NCBI RefSeq assembly: GCF_009914755.1
Contig: NC_060926.1
Direction: 5' to 3' (one strand)
DNA length: 64,000 nt
Source of the DNA: the human T2T-CHM13v2.0 reference genome, Homo sapiens
Shown piece by piece: positions 1-12,130 of the stretch. Each line of letters opens with the position of its first letter. The first letter of the stretch is position 1. A program made the position numbers and the translations under genes. The notes beneath the pieces are model-generated. The model made no database searches, had not been told where the DNA came from, and worked only from the letters and a program-made list of their open reading frames with translations.

Positions 1-339
1 TATTTCAGGAAGATAATGCATAATGTAGAGAAATGTGGAGAGTCAATGAGGTAGCAGCAAGGAAAATGGCATAATTCAGAATCTAAGAATATACTAGAAA
101 GCTTTAGTTATGGGATTTATTTTATATGCTTTCTTTTAAACACCAGAGGTATTGGGGGTTTTCCCTATAGATACTTAGGTCCTGTAGTTGAAATGACTAA
201 GACATGAAAAAAAATGATGCTCTTTTATCTGTTCCACCCCTTATACCTCACTCATGAACACTCTAGCTTTCAATCTGTTGACAATAGTCATTTTCCAATA
301 TTATCTATTCTTCCTATCCTATAAAGGGACCTACTGTCC

Positions 340-870
340 ATCAGTCAGGCTGGTGTCCTTAGAAGACAGAGAAATAGAAGACATGGGCCCTCTTGCCCAT
401 CTCATCAAAGTTAGGCTTATGAGTATCGTGTGGCTTTGTGCCCAGCAGAAGAGGATTAAGGTTGCCAAATCTTTGGATAATAACAAGCTCCAATCTACAT
501 AACACCTGGTCTTTACAAACCAAGTCATTATGAATGTGATCCAAGTTGTCACTCCAGGGGTTTTATTATTTCCACATTAGTCGGTGTTGTGTCTTAGATA
601 TATGGAGGTTGCCGGCTTGTTTAGTGTGGATTGAATGACTGCTTCTCCTTTCTTTGCTCTGGTTTGGTAACGTTAGATAGCAGTGGGGAAGAAGGGATCA
701 TTGTACTATAGATCTCTTGGTCAGTCAATATTATTGGAGATGAGCAGCAAAACAATGAACCCAGATAATGCTGGGCATTAGAGTGGGTGGTACAGGCTTC
801 TAGGACAGGGATCAGAAGCAAGGGTCCCAGAACTGACTGGATGGGGCTGATCACTGTCCAGCCTCTCCAC
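340..870 (+). mobile_element. Possible very old CR1/L3-like LINE remnant
   Basis: Scattered resemblance to recalled L3 RT-region sequence (ctcatcaaagtt..., cagcaaaacaatg...ctgggcattag...gtcccagaactg); heavily decayed, no intact ORF. Confidence 0.25.
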
Positions 871-1278
871 AATGCTGCTATATGACAAGAAGACAGAGCC
901 AAGATCCTTCCAAATATTCATCAAACCATCTGGTTCTCTCTCCATTAAGCCACTTCCATCTCTTCCCTGGACACTGGCATCCCTGTTACACTCTTGCCAT
1001 TTTCTTGGTTGCGGCACAGCATCAAGTGATCTTTTTAAAGTCTAAATTAGATGATATTGTTCAAAGAGATAAAACCACCCATTGGTCACAAGCACCTGCC
1101 CCTCTGCCCCTGCCTGCCTTTCCTATCCCACTGCACTGCAGTTTTTCCAGGCTTACTCATCTCCGGCTACCTTGGCCCCCGATGGGTTCTTCATGTGCCA
1201 ACCTCTTCCAGCCATAGGCTCTTTGGCCATGTATCCTTCTTCTTCCCCTTTCTTGGCTGATGCCTGCTTATATGAGAT

Positions 1279-1520
1279 GCAGTGTATCTTGGTGATTAAA
1301 AATGCACACACTAGTGCCAGACTGCCTGGCCAAATCCTAGCTTTTCTACTTATCAGCTGTGTGACTTTGAATAAGTTGCGTAAACTCTGTATGCCTCCAC
1401 TGTAAAATGGAGTTGAAAATAGTGTCCACATCTTGGGGTAGTTATGAGGATTAAATTATATATATATATAACATTTAGCCTGTTGCCTAATATCTAGAAA
1501 AATCTTCATAAATGTTACCT
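1279..1520 (+). mobile_element. MIR SINE, nested within an L2 3' region
   Basis: MIR core: gccagactgcctgg...aaatcctagc...agctgtgtgactttgaataagtt...ctgtaaaatgg...gttatgaggattaaat. Confidence 0.75.
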
Positions 1521-1534
1521 CTCATTCATGATTG

Positions 1535-1808
1535 GGTCTCAGCCTAAATGTCATTTCCTCTGAGAGCTCTTGCCTGGTTCTGACCTTCCTTTCTACCCCT
1601 GCTCCATTGCATTCCTTTTTTATTGCAGGACTCTTTTCCTTTTCTTTCATATTATATATTTAGGATCATTTGCATACCTGTTTATTGTCACTGCATTAGA
1701 CTATAAATGCCATGAGGGCAGGGACTCTGTATCACTGAATAACCAATACCTAGTGCAGTGCCAGGCACATAGTAGACACTAATCAAATATGTTGCTGAGT
1801 GAATGACT
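1535..1808 (+). mobile_element. L2 LINE 3' end
   Basis: Typical L2 tail: tagactataaatgccatgagggcagggac...cctagtgcagtgccaggcacatagtagacact...tgagtgaatga. Confidence 0.75.
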
Positions 1809-4489
1809 GAAGCTGATGGTTCAGGACTTCGTTTGTGAGTGTTGAGCGTCTGCTGGGAAAGCATTGGTGCCTCAGAGGGACTGAACTGGGCCAGAAGCCA
1901 GTGGAGTTCCACTACACTACTTTTCAATACATTATCTTTACATTGTATTTTAAGATGTTGACACATCAAAATCAAATTACTGGACCAAGCTCAAAAGTTA
2001 CATTTATATGCCAGGATTAAATGTTCTTTTTTGGCAGAAAAAATGTTCAGATTTGCCACAGAATCTCTTCCAACCTGGAACTGGCCTGAATGAATTGTGT
2101 AAATGAGACAATCATGGTTCTTTTTCTCTTCCCCCTTTCCTCCTATTTTGTCCCCCAGAGTGACTGAATATTTGACTCAATTCGCTGCTTCAGTGGATGG
2201 GCCATTGTAGACCTGGGCAGCAACTCCCTGGGTGGCAAGTCCAAGATACTGGCTTATGTTTGCATTTATCACTTGTGTTTTAGATTGGGCTTCTTTATCT
2301 ATGTGCCTTCTTTAGCTCTTCCTTGTTTAATGCCACTGATTGTTTATTTCATTTCCATAGCACTTTCCCATCCAAGCTTGTTAGACTATATGGAGAACAT
2401 CATGTTCAGAAAAAGCAGTGGCAAACACACACGACAACAACAAAAATGTAAATTTACACTCTGCCTGTACTTGGCTAGCATAGGGTTACTTTTCTCCGTG
2501 ATTCCTTAATGGGAAGACTCATTAGGTCTTCCCAATGGAGACCTAATCTCAACAGACTTTCTCCTTCTATCCCCTCTCTTCTGCCATTGTATTTTTGTTT
2601 TGTTCATTCTCATTGGAAGTCTGGTGGTGATTGGGGCCTTTGGCATCTGTGTGTGCAGGATTATGGGAATTTCTAATCTCAAGCTTATTTTCCAACCCTG
2701 GCACATTCAACTATTTCTTACACATAATGATGCCACCTTTGTTTTTTTTTAATCAAGCCTACCTTCTTCCAAATCCTTTCTTTGTTCACTTATTTTTAAA
2801 AATTTCTGTTCCTGCTCTTACGGTCTTCATTACTAATATTCCTTTCCCTGCCTAGGTTATCCTTTTAATGTTTCTAACCTAATCTAGATTTTGAGAGCAG
2901 TGTTTTTATTAAGAACCAAAGCTAACTATGTTGGCAAGAAACTCATATTATGAGTAAAATATACATTTAAAATATAAATTGGGAATTTGAGCTAGAAATG
3001 GAAAGAGAAAGTTAGAATGAGTCTTGTGCTTGCATTCTCCGTCTACAAAATTTGTATGTAATCACACAGATAAAGTTCAGACATCTTATACTCTTTGACT
3101 ATACTGAAATATATGTTGTCAGCAGTGCCTTAATGAAAAGTGATTGTTCTCTAAAGGAATCAAATGTAACAAGTTTAACATTCATGGTTCTTTATTTTTC
3201 AAAAATAATTTAGATTTCATTCTCCTTTTTTATTTTAAGAAGCCCAACAGAATTACCATATGACTATAATCTCATATCCTAGATTCAAAAACCAGGAGAC
3301 CAAACACAAACAATGCCTCAGAGGAGAAAAGTTGTGTCTTAAGAATCAAAGTATTCTTGGGTATCGTAAGTGATTGCTGACGTAGAGCAAAGGGTTAATG
3401 AGAATGGGCTGGCATATTAAATCAGAATGCACGTTGAAAGCAAATTGCCAGCCTAAAGGAAAATATACGTATCATTGTCTCTGGTGAGGGAGGGGGACAA
3501 ATAACTACTAAGATGTCCATACATGCCATACTCAGAAGTCATCCTTGATATCTTTTTTTCCAGACAGATTGCAAACACAAGTCTTTCTCCCATATGGGGG
3601 TGTGTGTGCAGGGGGTGTGGCCTGAAAATGCAGCATTGATTCTGGGAAAACTGAAACCTGGGAAGCCTGGGTATAATAGTTCAAGAAAACAGAAATGTTT
3701 TTCTTTGGCTGTTGTTCCTGAAGTTACTTAAATGAGACTCATTGGCTATTGATCTGTATATATTGAGATTACAATAAAACATAATGGACCAGTTTCTCTC
3801 TCCCCTGGGTCACAGGATTGGCCTTTTATCTCTTGAGAGTAATAAATCATGGTCTTGGATTTAAGAAAATATTCTGGGATCTGGTTGGCAGCTGATTTAT
3901 TTTTAAGACAGTGATGTCAGGAAAAAAAAAAAGCATAACCCAGAATGTGACTGTAGTGGGAGAATAGCGATTGCTGTTTAAAATATTAAGTAAGGCTTCC
4001 CTGCTTTCAGAACCCATCATCCCACAGCAAGCTGAGTTGAAGCCCCTTACCAATATATTCACATCTTTCTTTACAATGGCACTTACATTCTTTTGATTTC
4101 TTTTTATCTGTGACAGATCCTAGCTTCTCTATTTATCTCTTGAATCTAATTTGCTCTATGACATCAAGCTTTAATTTTATCATTATTATTTTGCTTCATT
4201 TTAAGCACCCATGGTGTGCCAGGCATTGGATAAAATAGAAAAGATACAATCCCTGCTGTCGCTGGGCTCACACATTTAAAGAGATTTGACAGGCAAAATA
4301 TCCTGTAATTGGCAATAGGTAGTCCTCATGCTTCCCCCCGCCCCTTCTCCCTTTTGAAGCAACTTCATCTCTCTGAACAAGCTTAAGAAGTTCCCTAGAT
4401 CAAAGGTGTCAAAAACCAGAAGGGTTTGGAACAAGTGTCAGAGAGTAAGCAAACGACTTTCTGAGCTGTGACTCTGCTCCTCGACTGCC

Positions 4490-4733
4490 CACGTGCTCTC
4501 CGCTGTCTGCACTCCTGCCTCACCTGGGCTGACTCGGACTCTCCACCTCCTTTGCTGCTTCCGGCATGAGCTACCCAGGAGCCTAAGGCGCTCCTTCCCG
4601 CAACTCCGGTCCCCGCGCCCCGGGACTGCAAATCCTTTAAACAGAGGCCCCAGAGCTAGGGGTTTTCCCAGGCTCTGGTGGGCGTGGGCTGACAGTCGCT
4701 GGGAGCCCCGCAACAGGGGGGATGTCCAGGCAG
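4490..4733 (+). other. Candidate upstream alternative first exon (start approximate)
   Basis: Donor CAG|GTATGC at 4733/4734 at the 5' edge of the CpG island; no transcript evidence available. Confidence 0.35.
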
Positions 4734-5304
4734 GTATGCACCCAGCTCCCGGCGTTTCCCGGAGTCACCACAATGTTTCCCTTTCTCTCTCCCCCACGTA
4801 TGCTGCTAGGGGTACTCCCCAGATAGGATTTTCTTTGTCTTTTCTCCTAGTAACACCGAAGCCCTCTCGTGCCCGGGGACTGCAGAGGAACGCCAGACCA
4901 TCCGGACCTTGCGGGATGGCTCGGTGTGTGTGTTTTACTGTGTGTCGGAGTGTCGCGCATGTGTGCGTGTTGGGGCGCGTTATCAACAGGGGCCTAGGGC
5001 ACCCCCACTCTTTCTTGCTCTCTTCCCCCATCACTTCATGGACCTCCGAGGCGCAAAGCGCTCGACCCTCTCCTGGGCTCAGTGGCTTGGGTACTCCGGG
5101 CTGAGCTCAGCTGGGGAGTCCCCTTACCCAGCCCGCACCGGCACCCCGAAGCTTCAAAGTTGCGGCAAACAGTTGCGGGGAGCAGAGGAACTGAGGTCCA
5201 GGCCAGCGCTCCCGCGGTCGCTCGCCTTGGGGAGCAGGCTGAGCCGAGGGTCGTGCGGGTGCGCGGCAGAGGCGGTAGGAGGCGGAGGAGAGGGGGGAGA
5301 AAGA

Positions 5305-5406
5305 GGGGGCGGTGGGGAACAGCTGCCGGGGTAGGCGAGGCGCAAGGTGGCTCCCCGCGGCCCCGCGCCCCGCGGCTCTCGGACGCACCAGGCAGCCAAT
5401 GGCTGC
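5305..5406 (+). promoter_or_regulatory. Core promoter elements: Sp/KLF GC box (5305-5315) and NF-Y CCAAT box (5396-5400)
   Basis: GGGGGCGGTGG and AGCCAATGGC upstream of an initiator-like TCAGT (5509-5513); no TATA box seen. Confidence 0.6.
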
Positions 5407-5429
5407 GCAGAGGTGTACAGCAGATGGCG

Positions 5430-5653
5430 TCTGACTGCGCCGTTCCTTCCTCCTCCTCCTCCTCCTCCTTCTCTTCCTCCTCCTCCTTCTCTTCCTCCTC
5501 CTCCTCCTTCAGTGCTGAGGAGCCAGAGTCGCCGCCGGGTTGCCAGACGCTGGAATGGGTGGTCTTCCGACACACACCACCATCTTTCTTGCGCTCGGGA
5601 AGCTCGGGGCTCAGCGGCTCCCAGAGGTTACGGCGGCGGCTCTGGCGAGACGG
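5430..5653 (+). other. Putative main first exon of an unidentified + strand gene (TSS between ~5430 and 5511)
   Basis: Lies downstream of CCAAT/GC boxes inside the CpG island, ends at consensus donor CGG|GTGAGT (5653/5654), followed by intronic G-runs. Confidence 0.7.
5443..5510 (+). repeat. 68-nt pure polypyrimidine tract, (TCC)7-TTCTCT-(TCC)4-TTCTCT-(TCC)5-TTC
   Basis: Read directly from sequence. Confidence 0.95.
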
Positions 5654-6937
5654 GTGAGTGCAAGCACGCGGAGCCCCGAGTCGGGGATGCCGGGCCCCCT
5701 GGCCGGCCGACTGGGGCGCGGGGTGGCAGCGCCGGGGAAGGGGGCGCGCTGCCGGCGCAGACTTTGCTCTTTCCTCGCCGGACAGCCATCGTCGCCCCTT
5801 CTCCCAGCCAGACGCGGGAACTTGGAAGCGGATCTTCTCGGACGCCTCTGGCTTGGGGCTGCGGGAAGCGTGGGCTGCCCGGGGCGCAGTGTGCGGAGAC
5901 CCTCTAGGCGGGCGGGGACGCCCCACGCGGCGACCTGAGCACCGACCTCATGCAACGGGACCGAACCTTGGGACCCGGGCAGCAGGAGCTCTGTTCCCTT
6001 CACCTCCAGCTTGGTTTGAGGGATACTGATGAAGGAAACCGGGGGTTTCCCGTCCTGCGCGGAGAGCCTCGGCGCCCAAAATCGAAAGGCCGGGAGTTGT
6101 TCTGCAGGCTTTGCAAACAGGTTGACTGAGGGTTTCCTTTCCCGTAGCGCTGACTGCGAAATCTGTGCATAGGCGTTCAGTGCCAGTGGAGGATAGCTGA
6201 GCAAGCCAAGAAGTTTTGCAGCTTCCTCTGATTTATCGGTGGAGTGTCAGGAGGCTGTAGCAACAGTTTACATTTCCCCTGTCCCTGCGAGTGGCTAGGG
6301 GCAAGCTGGGCTCGGACGTGATATCCTGCTGTTTGTGGAGAGGAAACTGGGAACGGGGCTTGAGAGTGAGGGGCAGGGAGGGGGGGACAGGCATATTTTC
6401 TACTGCATCGCCCATCTGCACCTGTCCCCTTTGCTGTCTTACATGTCCCATAGTATTAAAGTTATTTGAATAAGCAAATGAACCCCGCTCTTTGGTGACC
6501 GCGTATTTTGAAGTTGGAAAACTTTGCAGGGGACGAGGGAATGTTGAGGAGGGGGCGTTAAGCTCTCTCACTCTATCCCTTTTTAAAGACAAGAAAAAAA
6601 CTTTCGTTGGCGAAGGTGGTACTTTTTTCTTTTGGAATGTCTGAGCTCAGAGCTTCCCATAAGAGGTATTGCGATTCAATACTGTACAGTCAAGGTGAAG
6701 TTCCACTAAGATTATGGGACCGTGGCATATTCTACGGAAGATACCAGGGTTCCTTGGCGCTCTGTTCATTGCCAGGGTGGTCTGCTGAAAGCCGGCAGTT
6801 TCCCACCCTCAGACTCCTTGGAGCTCTTTAAATGACGGTCTGCCTGGTGTTTCTCAGCGGTACACCTGTGAGTGCTCTGTTATCATGGAAATGGTAACCC
6901 ATGCAGGTAGGGCTCATGCCAACCAGACTGTGGTGGG

Positions 6938-6993
6938 GTGTGTGTGTGTTTGTGTGTGTGTGTATACATGCGCGTGCGTGTGAACGTGTGTGT
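6938..6993. repeat. Interrupted (GT)n/(GC) microsatellite
   Basis: Alternating purine-pyrimidine run seen directly. Confidence 0.85.
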
Positions 6994-7422
6994 TTGGAGT
7001 TTCCTTTTGACAGGTAATCTTTGGATGTCAAAGGGATACAGTTATTTGTCTGGCAGTGTCAGGGCAATCTGAGTTTCTCGAGTAACTAGGAGGAGGTAAT
7101 CTCCAGGGAAGCCTTTTTGTGCTCTTGACTGTCTACTCAGCAGTTGGTGAAGGCTTCCTGAAAGCCACTTAGGGTGTTACTAACCAAATCAAGAAGTCTT
7201 ACTCAGTGGTGAGTGAAAGCTCGTGTCTTTGTGGGTTAAAAGCTGTTTATAAAGTTTCTGTCTTGAGGCTTCACTTTGACAGACTGCTGTTTTTAAACCT
7301 TAGTGCCATTAATAATAGGAGTCTTCTTTTGAAAAGTAATGTGGCCAGTTCTCTGTTTTCTGAGGGTAGTTGATCTAATCTGGTAGATTCCCTGGAATTG
7401 TTTTATTTTCTATCCCTGGGAA

Positions 7423-7469
7423 GTGTGTGTGTGTGTGTGTGTGTGTTGTGTGTATTTGTGTGTGTGTGT
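7423..7469. repeat. Interrupted (GT)n microsatellite
   Basis: Seen directly. Confidence 0.9.
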
Positions 7470-10343
7470 TTTCTTCATCTACCTGCTGAGAGTTGAGGGT
7501 TAGAAACTCTTTTTCATGCAAATTTAAGTGAAAAAAATTATGAAGAAAATTCTTCTGACACTGTAACAATATACACAGATACTTCTGAAAAAATTGTAGG
7601 TGTCATTGTTGACTTTAAAAACATCGGATAGTCTCGTATAAATCAGCACAGACAGATCCAGCAGCCCTGAACACCTACAAACCATTCAGGGTTTTGGATA
7701 TTCTAGATTAATCTGTGATAAGGGCTTGGAGATACGTGGTCCAGGAAAGGGCTGTCTACTGTTGGTGGACTTTGATAGTCTGTTTTGAGGGTTCATAATA
7801 CGATGAGCTCACTTTATGTCAACCTTAATATTTAAATCAATACTTGAGAAATGATCTTACAATATTTCTTAATCTTCTGGCCCATTGTTTTCCATCAAAG
7901 TTGTTGATTGTTAGAGAGTTGAAAGGCTAAGAAAGAGGAACACTGTTAGACAGGTAGAAAATAATTACCGATCATATAAACAATGTAAATACAGACTCTA
8001 CTGTTTGAAGACTGACATTAACAAATTGGTAACGAGAGGTACCTTTCTGTTCTCTGCTGAGTGTGCCTTTTGAGAGAAAGTAGGGAAGGAATGAAAGGAA
8101 AATGGTACTAAATTGTACTTCATCAGAAGGGCTATGAAGGACCTTGTCTGCTTGCTACAGATCCTATTTCTGAAGGAATAACTCTTTTGTTAATATCAGC
8201 AAAAAGAATGTTGTCCTTAAATGATAGACCGAAAAAGCAGAATAAAAAGATAGGCTCTAAGTTAAAGGAGGGAGAATGTCCAAACAAGAACAATTCTAAA
8301 GCATGTCAACTCACTTTAATTATACTTCACAAATTGAAACTGGAGTTGTATGATTCCTTTAAAGAAAAAAAGTCTTGCCAAAACTTCAATTCTGCTGTTC
8401 TGCACACTTTACAAAGATTAGGCATTAAAGTAATAACATTATGTCAAAAGTTTGAATAGAATGATGAAGAATATTTGACTGGTCTTATTTAGTTAACTGT
8501 GAAAATGACAAATGATACAATATATTAAATACATGATTAAGACAAACAGATTAAAGAATTCTAAGTAGTGACAACTATATTAGTTGATGGGAAAAAAAGA
8601 ATAGCACTATTAAGGCTTCAGAGATGCTCTACAGACAAAGCATAAAGGCTGGGTCTTTGAATAACTATTGGGTATTGTATTATCAAAAACTACATGAGTT
8701 ACTTAGATATGCTGTTGGATTTTTGAATATGGATTGCACATAAGTGCTTCATATTTTCAAAAGAAAATGTTTCCCAGTATATAACTATAAAAGAAGCTGC
8801 TTCATTAACTTTAACACCAGGCAGCTTCCTAAATATAACACAGGTCCTTAATTTAGAGCTGTTAACAAGATTAATATCTAAGTGATAATTAGCACGTTAA
8901 ACCTGTGAAAGTAGAGGGATTTTTAACTCCACTTCTAGTCTAGAAATTTACTATTGTGAATTTTAGTGGGGTCTGTAGTTTAACAGATCTAAAATCACAG
9001 GCACCTGTGCTCCAAGATGATAAGCATTCTATTCCCACCCTTTAAAACTTCTCCATCTACCGAGATTATTTTGTGGACGTTTTAGTAGGATGTTCATGGG
9101 TGGTTATTCTTGAGAGCTAACAGTGGCTATTTTTGAAATGAAGCCAAGGAGGATTAGGTAGTTTTTGGTCATCTTGTAAGTATCTCTTGACAAAAGGAAA
9201 TAGGAATCCCAGCCACTGAATTCCTACATTTATGCTTTCATTCTAAGCCATGAATCCTGGTATGGGCTAGTTATACAAAATATAGAGACGTAGTTATTTT
9301 GCCAGGTTATAGTCCACCGGTGATTTAGTATGATCATTTTGTTGCTACCACATCAAGCATTTCATTTGAAAGGGAAAATCAGATATTAGTGAAACCCAAT
9401 TACTCCGTATCTTTTGGTAAAACTTTGAAACTAACTCTAGAGATGCTGTAGAATAGTTTCACTGCTGGTAGGGACTCATGCTTTTGGTAACAGGAGTTGA
9501 ATCTAAGCGTGGTTTGTAAGCTGAACAATGAAGTCATCTGGCATCTATAAGAACTACTTTAAGTGTGTATATACTGTTGTGATGACTAAAACACAGTATG
9601 TATAAAAGCATCGCTAAATTCATATTAATTTTTGGTTACTAGGTATTTTTGCAATTTATGGATTCTAAAAACACAACTCTTTGCTGTGATGTGGAAATCA
9701 GTAGAATTTTTTGACGTTAAAAAGAAGAGGTCCACCTACTAGAAAAGGTTAGACATTGACCTAGATGTGGAGATCTGTGAAAGTGTGAAAATGTTTCCTG
9801 CATGAATAAAAAAGGCTATCATTGTTGAACTTAGGTGTTTTGCAGCAAGGGACATGATGCTCGCTTTTGATTTTGCCTTTCTGGGCATATTTTAATTATG
9901 AGCCTCTTGTAATTAAACATGCCATAGCTAAAAACAGAATCCTAAGTAACTAATGCACAAACGATTTTTCAATGCCTTGACTTGGAAGAAACTCATGGCC
10001 GTGTTCCACTTGCCTGCATGAGGGCTGGCTGCTGATTTGTGTCCTAGTGTTATGTTAGCGAACAGCTCATTACTTCTGGAAAAATCACAATGTTGAGTAA
10101 GGCTCTGAACTTCGTGGCAGTTAGGCACGATTGCCTTAGTCTTAGACTGCAGCTTTGTAGCAATGCATATTTTAATTTTGAGTTCTTTCAGATGGTTATT
10201 TTAAAAAGCATACCATGTAGTATGCATACATGAAAGATTTTAATTATAATAAGACTAAGGCTTGCAGTAATCTCTTCTTGCAGAGTTTGCTTCTGGGCTC
10301 TCCTCTATTGATTTTTGCCTTTTGTGCTTACGTTAGACTTATT

Positions 10344-10672
10344 CAGGGCAAGTTAGACAGGGCACATGAATACAGCCTTACTGGTAAAAATATTGAACTA
10401 TTTGTAAAATATTGAAATACTTGTAAAAATATTGAAATACATGTGCTCCAGTAGGTCAATGAGTATTGCTCTGAGCCCTCTGAAGGTCCCACTATCATCC
10501 TGGTCCTACAGACCACTCCCCTTAGATCACTTCTTGAGAGAGCCACTGGGTGTCACCCACCTGGTATGGCAAAGAGGCCTTGGGACACACTCCAGTGATA
10601 TTACCTAAGGCTGTTCTGATTGGCTTATGCCCCAGACCTACCAACTGGTAAATATTTTAAATATTATCCCTT
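10344..10672 (-). mobile_element. hAT-Tip100 (Arthur1-like) non-autonomous DNA transposon relic
   Basis: Ends cagggc...actggtaaaaatattgaa and gttctgattgg...actggtaaatattttaaatattatccct resemble recalled Arthur1 termini. Confidence 0.45.
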
Positions 10673-11899
10673 GATATTTGTACTCGTGACAAGAATGAAT
10701 GCAATCATTGGCATTATCAAGTAGTTGAACATCAAATGTTTACATTTTAATTTTCTCTGTGTCTAATATTTCTGGCTGTTAAAACACTTAAATATTGTTA
10801 TCTTTATATTATCTAGGAGCCCAAAGGTATCAAAACCCCTTTCATCTGAGTTATCAATTCATATAAAGCCACTCTAACTTCAATTTAATTTGTTTTCTTA
10901 GAAAATATAAAATAAGGATATTAAGTTCCTTCCTTCCTGTTAAGAGGAAGAGCCAAATTTCTCACCCAGGTCATCTGCCACAACTGTAAATTCTTCTACC
11001 TCACAGCTGTCTCAGACCACTTAATTAAAATGTATGTATGTGGGAGTAGTTCAACAAGGCTTCTTTCTTTTGGGGAAAAAGTAATTATTTTTTTTCAATC
11101 TCTGTTTCTAGTCTTCAGAATTAACTCAATTTATTTCATATTGACTTCCATTCACTTTTGTGATTAAATATTGTTAGTAGGGCTTTCATTTCATCTGACT
11201 TGACCCATTCTATGAACTGGAATATCTTCTGGCCAATCACAGAGAGGCAAGGGATGTTAATGACTTTGAGTAAAATTTTTTGGTGCTTTCTTCTGGATCT
11301 CTTCTAGCTAAAACTAAACTCCAGCACTGCTAGATGGTCCCTGAAAAACGTAACTTAAATTATGCTTATTTCTTGAACAGAAAAAATAGGATTCCAGATA
11401 CTACATCAATTTAACTCTTGCCTGTCGTTAATTTCCTATTATCCACTTTCTTCTTCTTTTAGACCTATCTCTTTAAAGTCACCCACAAGACTCACACTTA
11501 TTTAAAGTGGCCAAAAATGTTGCTTTCCCTACTCCTGTGGTCCCAGTTATCCAAATTATATCTATTAGTCAAAATCCAGTTCCAATTATACTTCCACTGA
11601 GCTTTCACTGATGATGCCAATTCACAAAGCCCTCTCTCAGTCTGAACAACTCAGGTGGTAAATTCTAATTTTCATGTTTGATTGAATCTATTTTCTTATT
11701 AGCATCTATGTGTGGAGTTCTGATAGTAAAGGATTTAAATGGTGAAGGGCACCACTCTCTACTGAGAATTCTGGAAAATGTTGAAGAGGGGAGTGTGATG
11801 GAGAGTAGGGGCCTGGGTAATAACAGCCATTTGAGGATCTGTAAGGTAAGGCTTACCAATATCCAGGTAGGCAACAAGTGTGACTAGTAATTATTACTA

Positions 11900-12130
11900 T
11901 TAGTTAATTACCTATGAATTGCTGCATACCTAGCTAGGTACATTAGAATTTGTTTGTCTAATCCTCATAATAATGTTGCAAAGTAGGTACTGTTATTTAG
12001 TCCCTTTTTTTTTGTAATAGGAAACAATCTGAGGGACCTCTGGTACCTTGTCTAAGGTGAATGCAACTGGTAAACCACAGAGCCTAGATGTGTATCCCAG
12101 ATTGTTGGACTGCAAGGCCTATTCTGCTTC
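11900..12130 (-). mobile_element. MIR SINE
   Basis: taatcctcataataat...gtaggtactgttatt...ggaaac...ttgtctaagg...cagagcc. Confidence 0.6.

Larger units (their letters stand above)
4480..6320. promoter_or_regulatory. CpG island promoter
   Basis: Abrupt rise in GC and CpG density against an AT-rich, CpG-poor background; contains GC box, CCAAT box, E-box CACGTG (4490-4495) and splice donors. Confidence 0.92.

Noticed and set aside
254-1017. Cluster of short ORFs as a possible retrocopy or viral insert
   Set aside because: No coherent protein across frames, no poly-A or TSD; a decayed LINE is more plausible
5430-5653. Naming the host gene
   Set aside because: I do not reliably recognise this exon; a BLAT search is needed
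4395-6204. Many long overlapping ORFs (up to 296 aa) on both strands
   Set aside because: Expected in GC-rich, stop-poor DNA; poly-E, poly-S, poly-P and poly-G stretches are the (TCC)n tract read in different frames; no recognisable domain
5500-7660. REST/RE1 half-site resemblances (tcagcac, ggacag)
   Set aside because: No correctly spaced full RE1 element found
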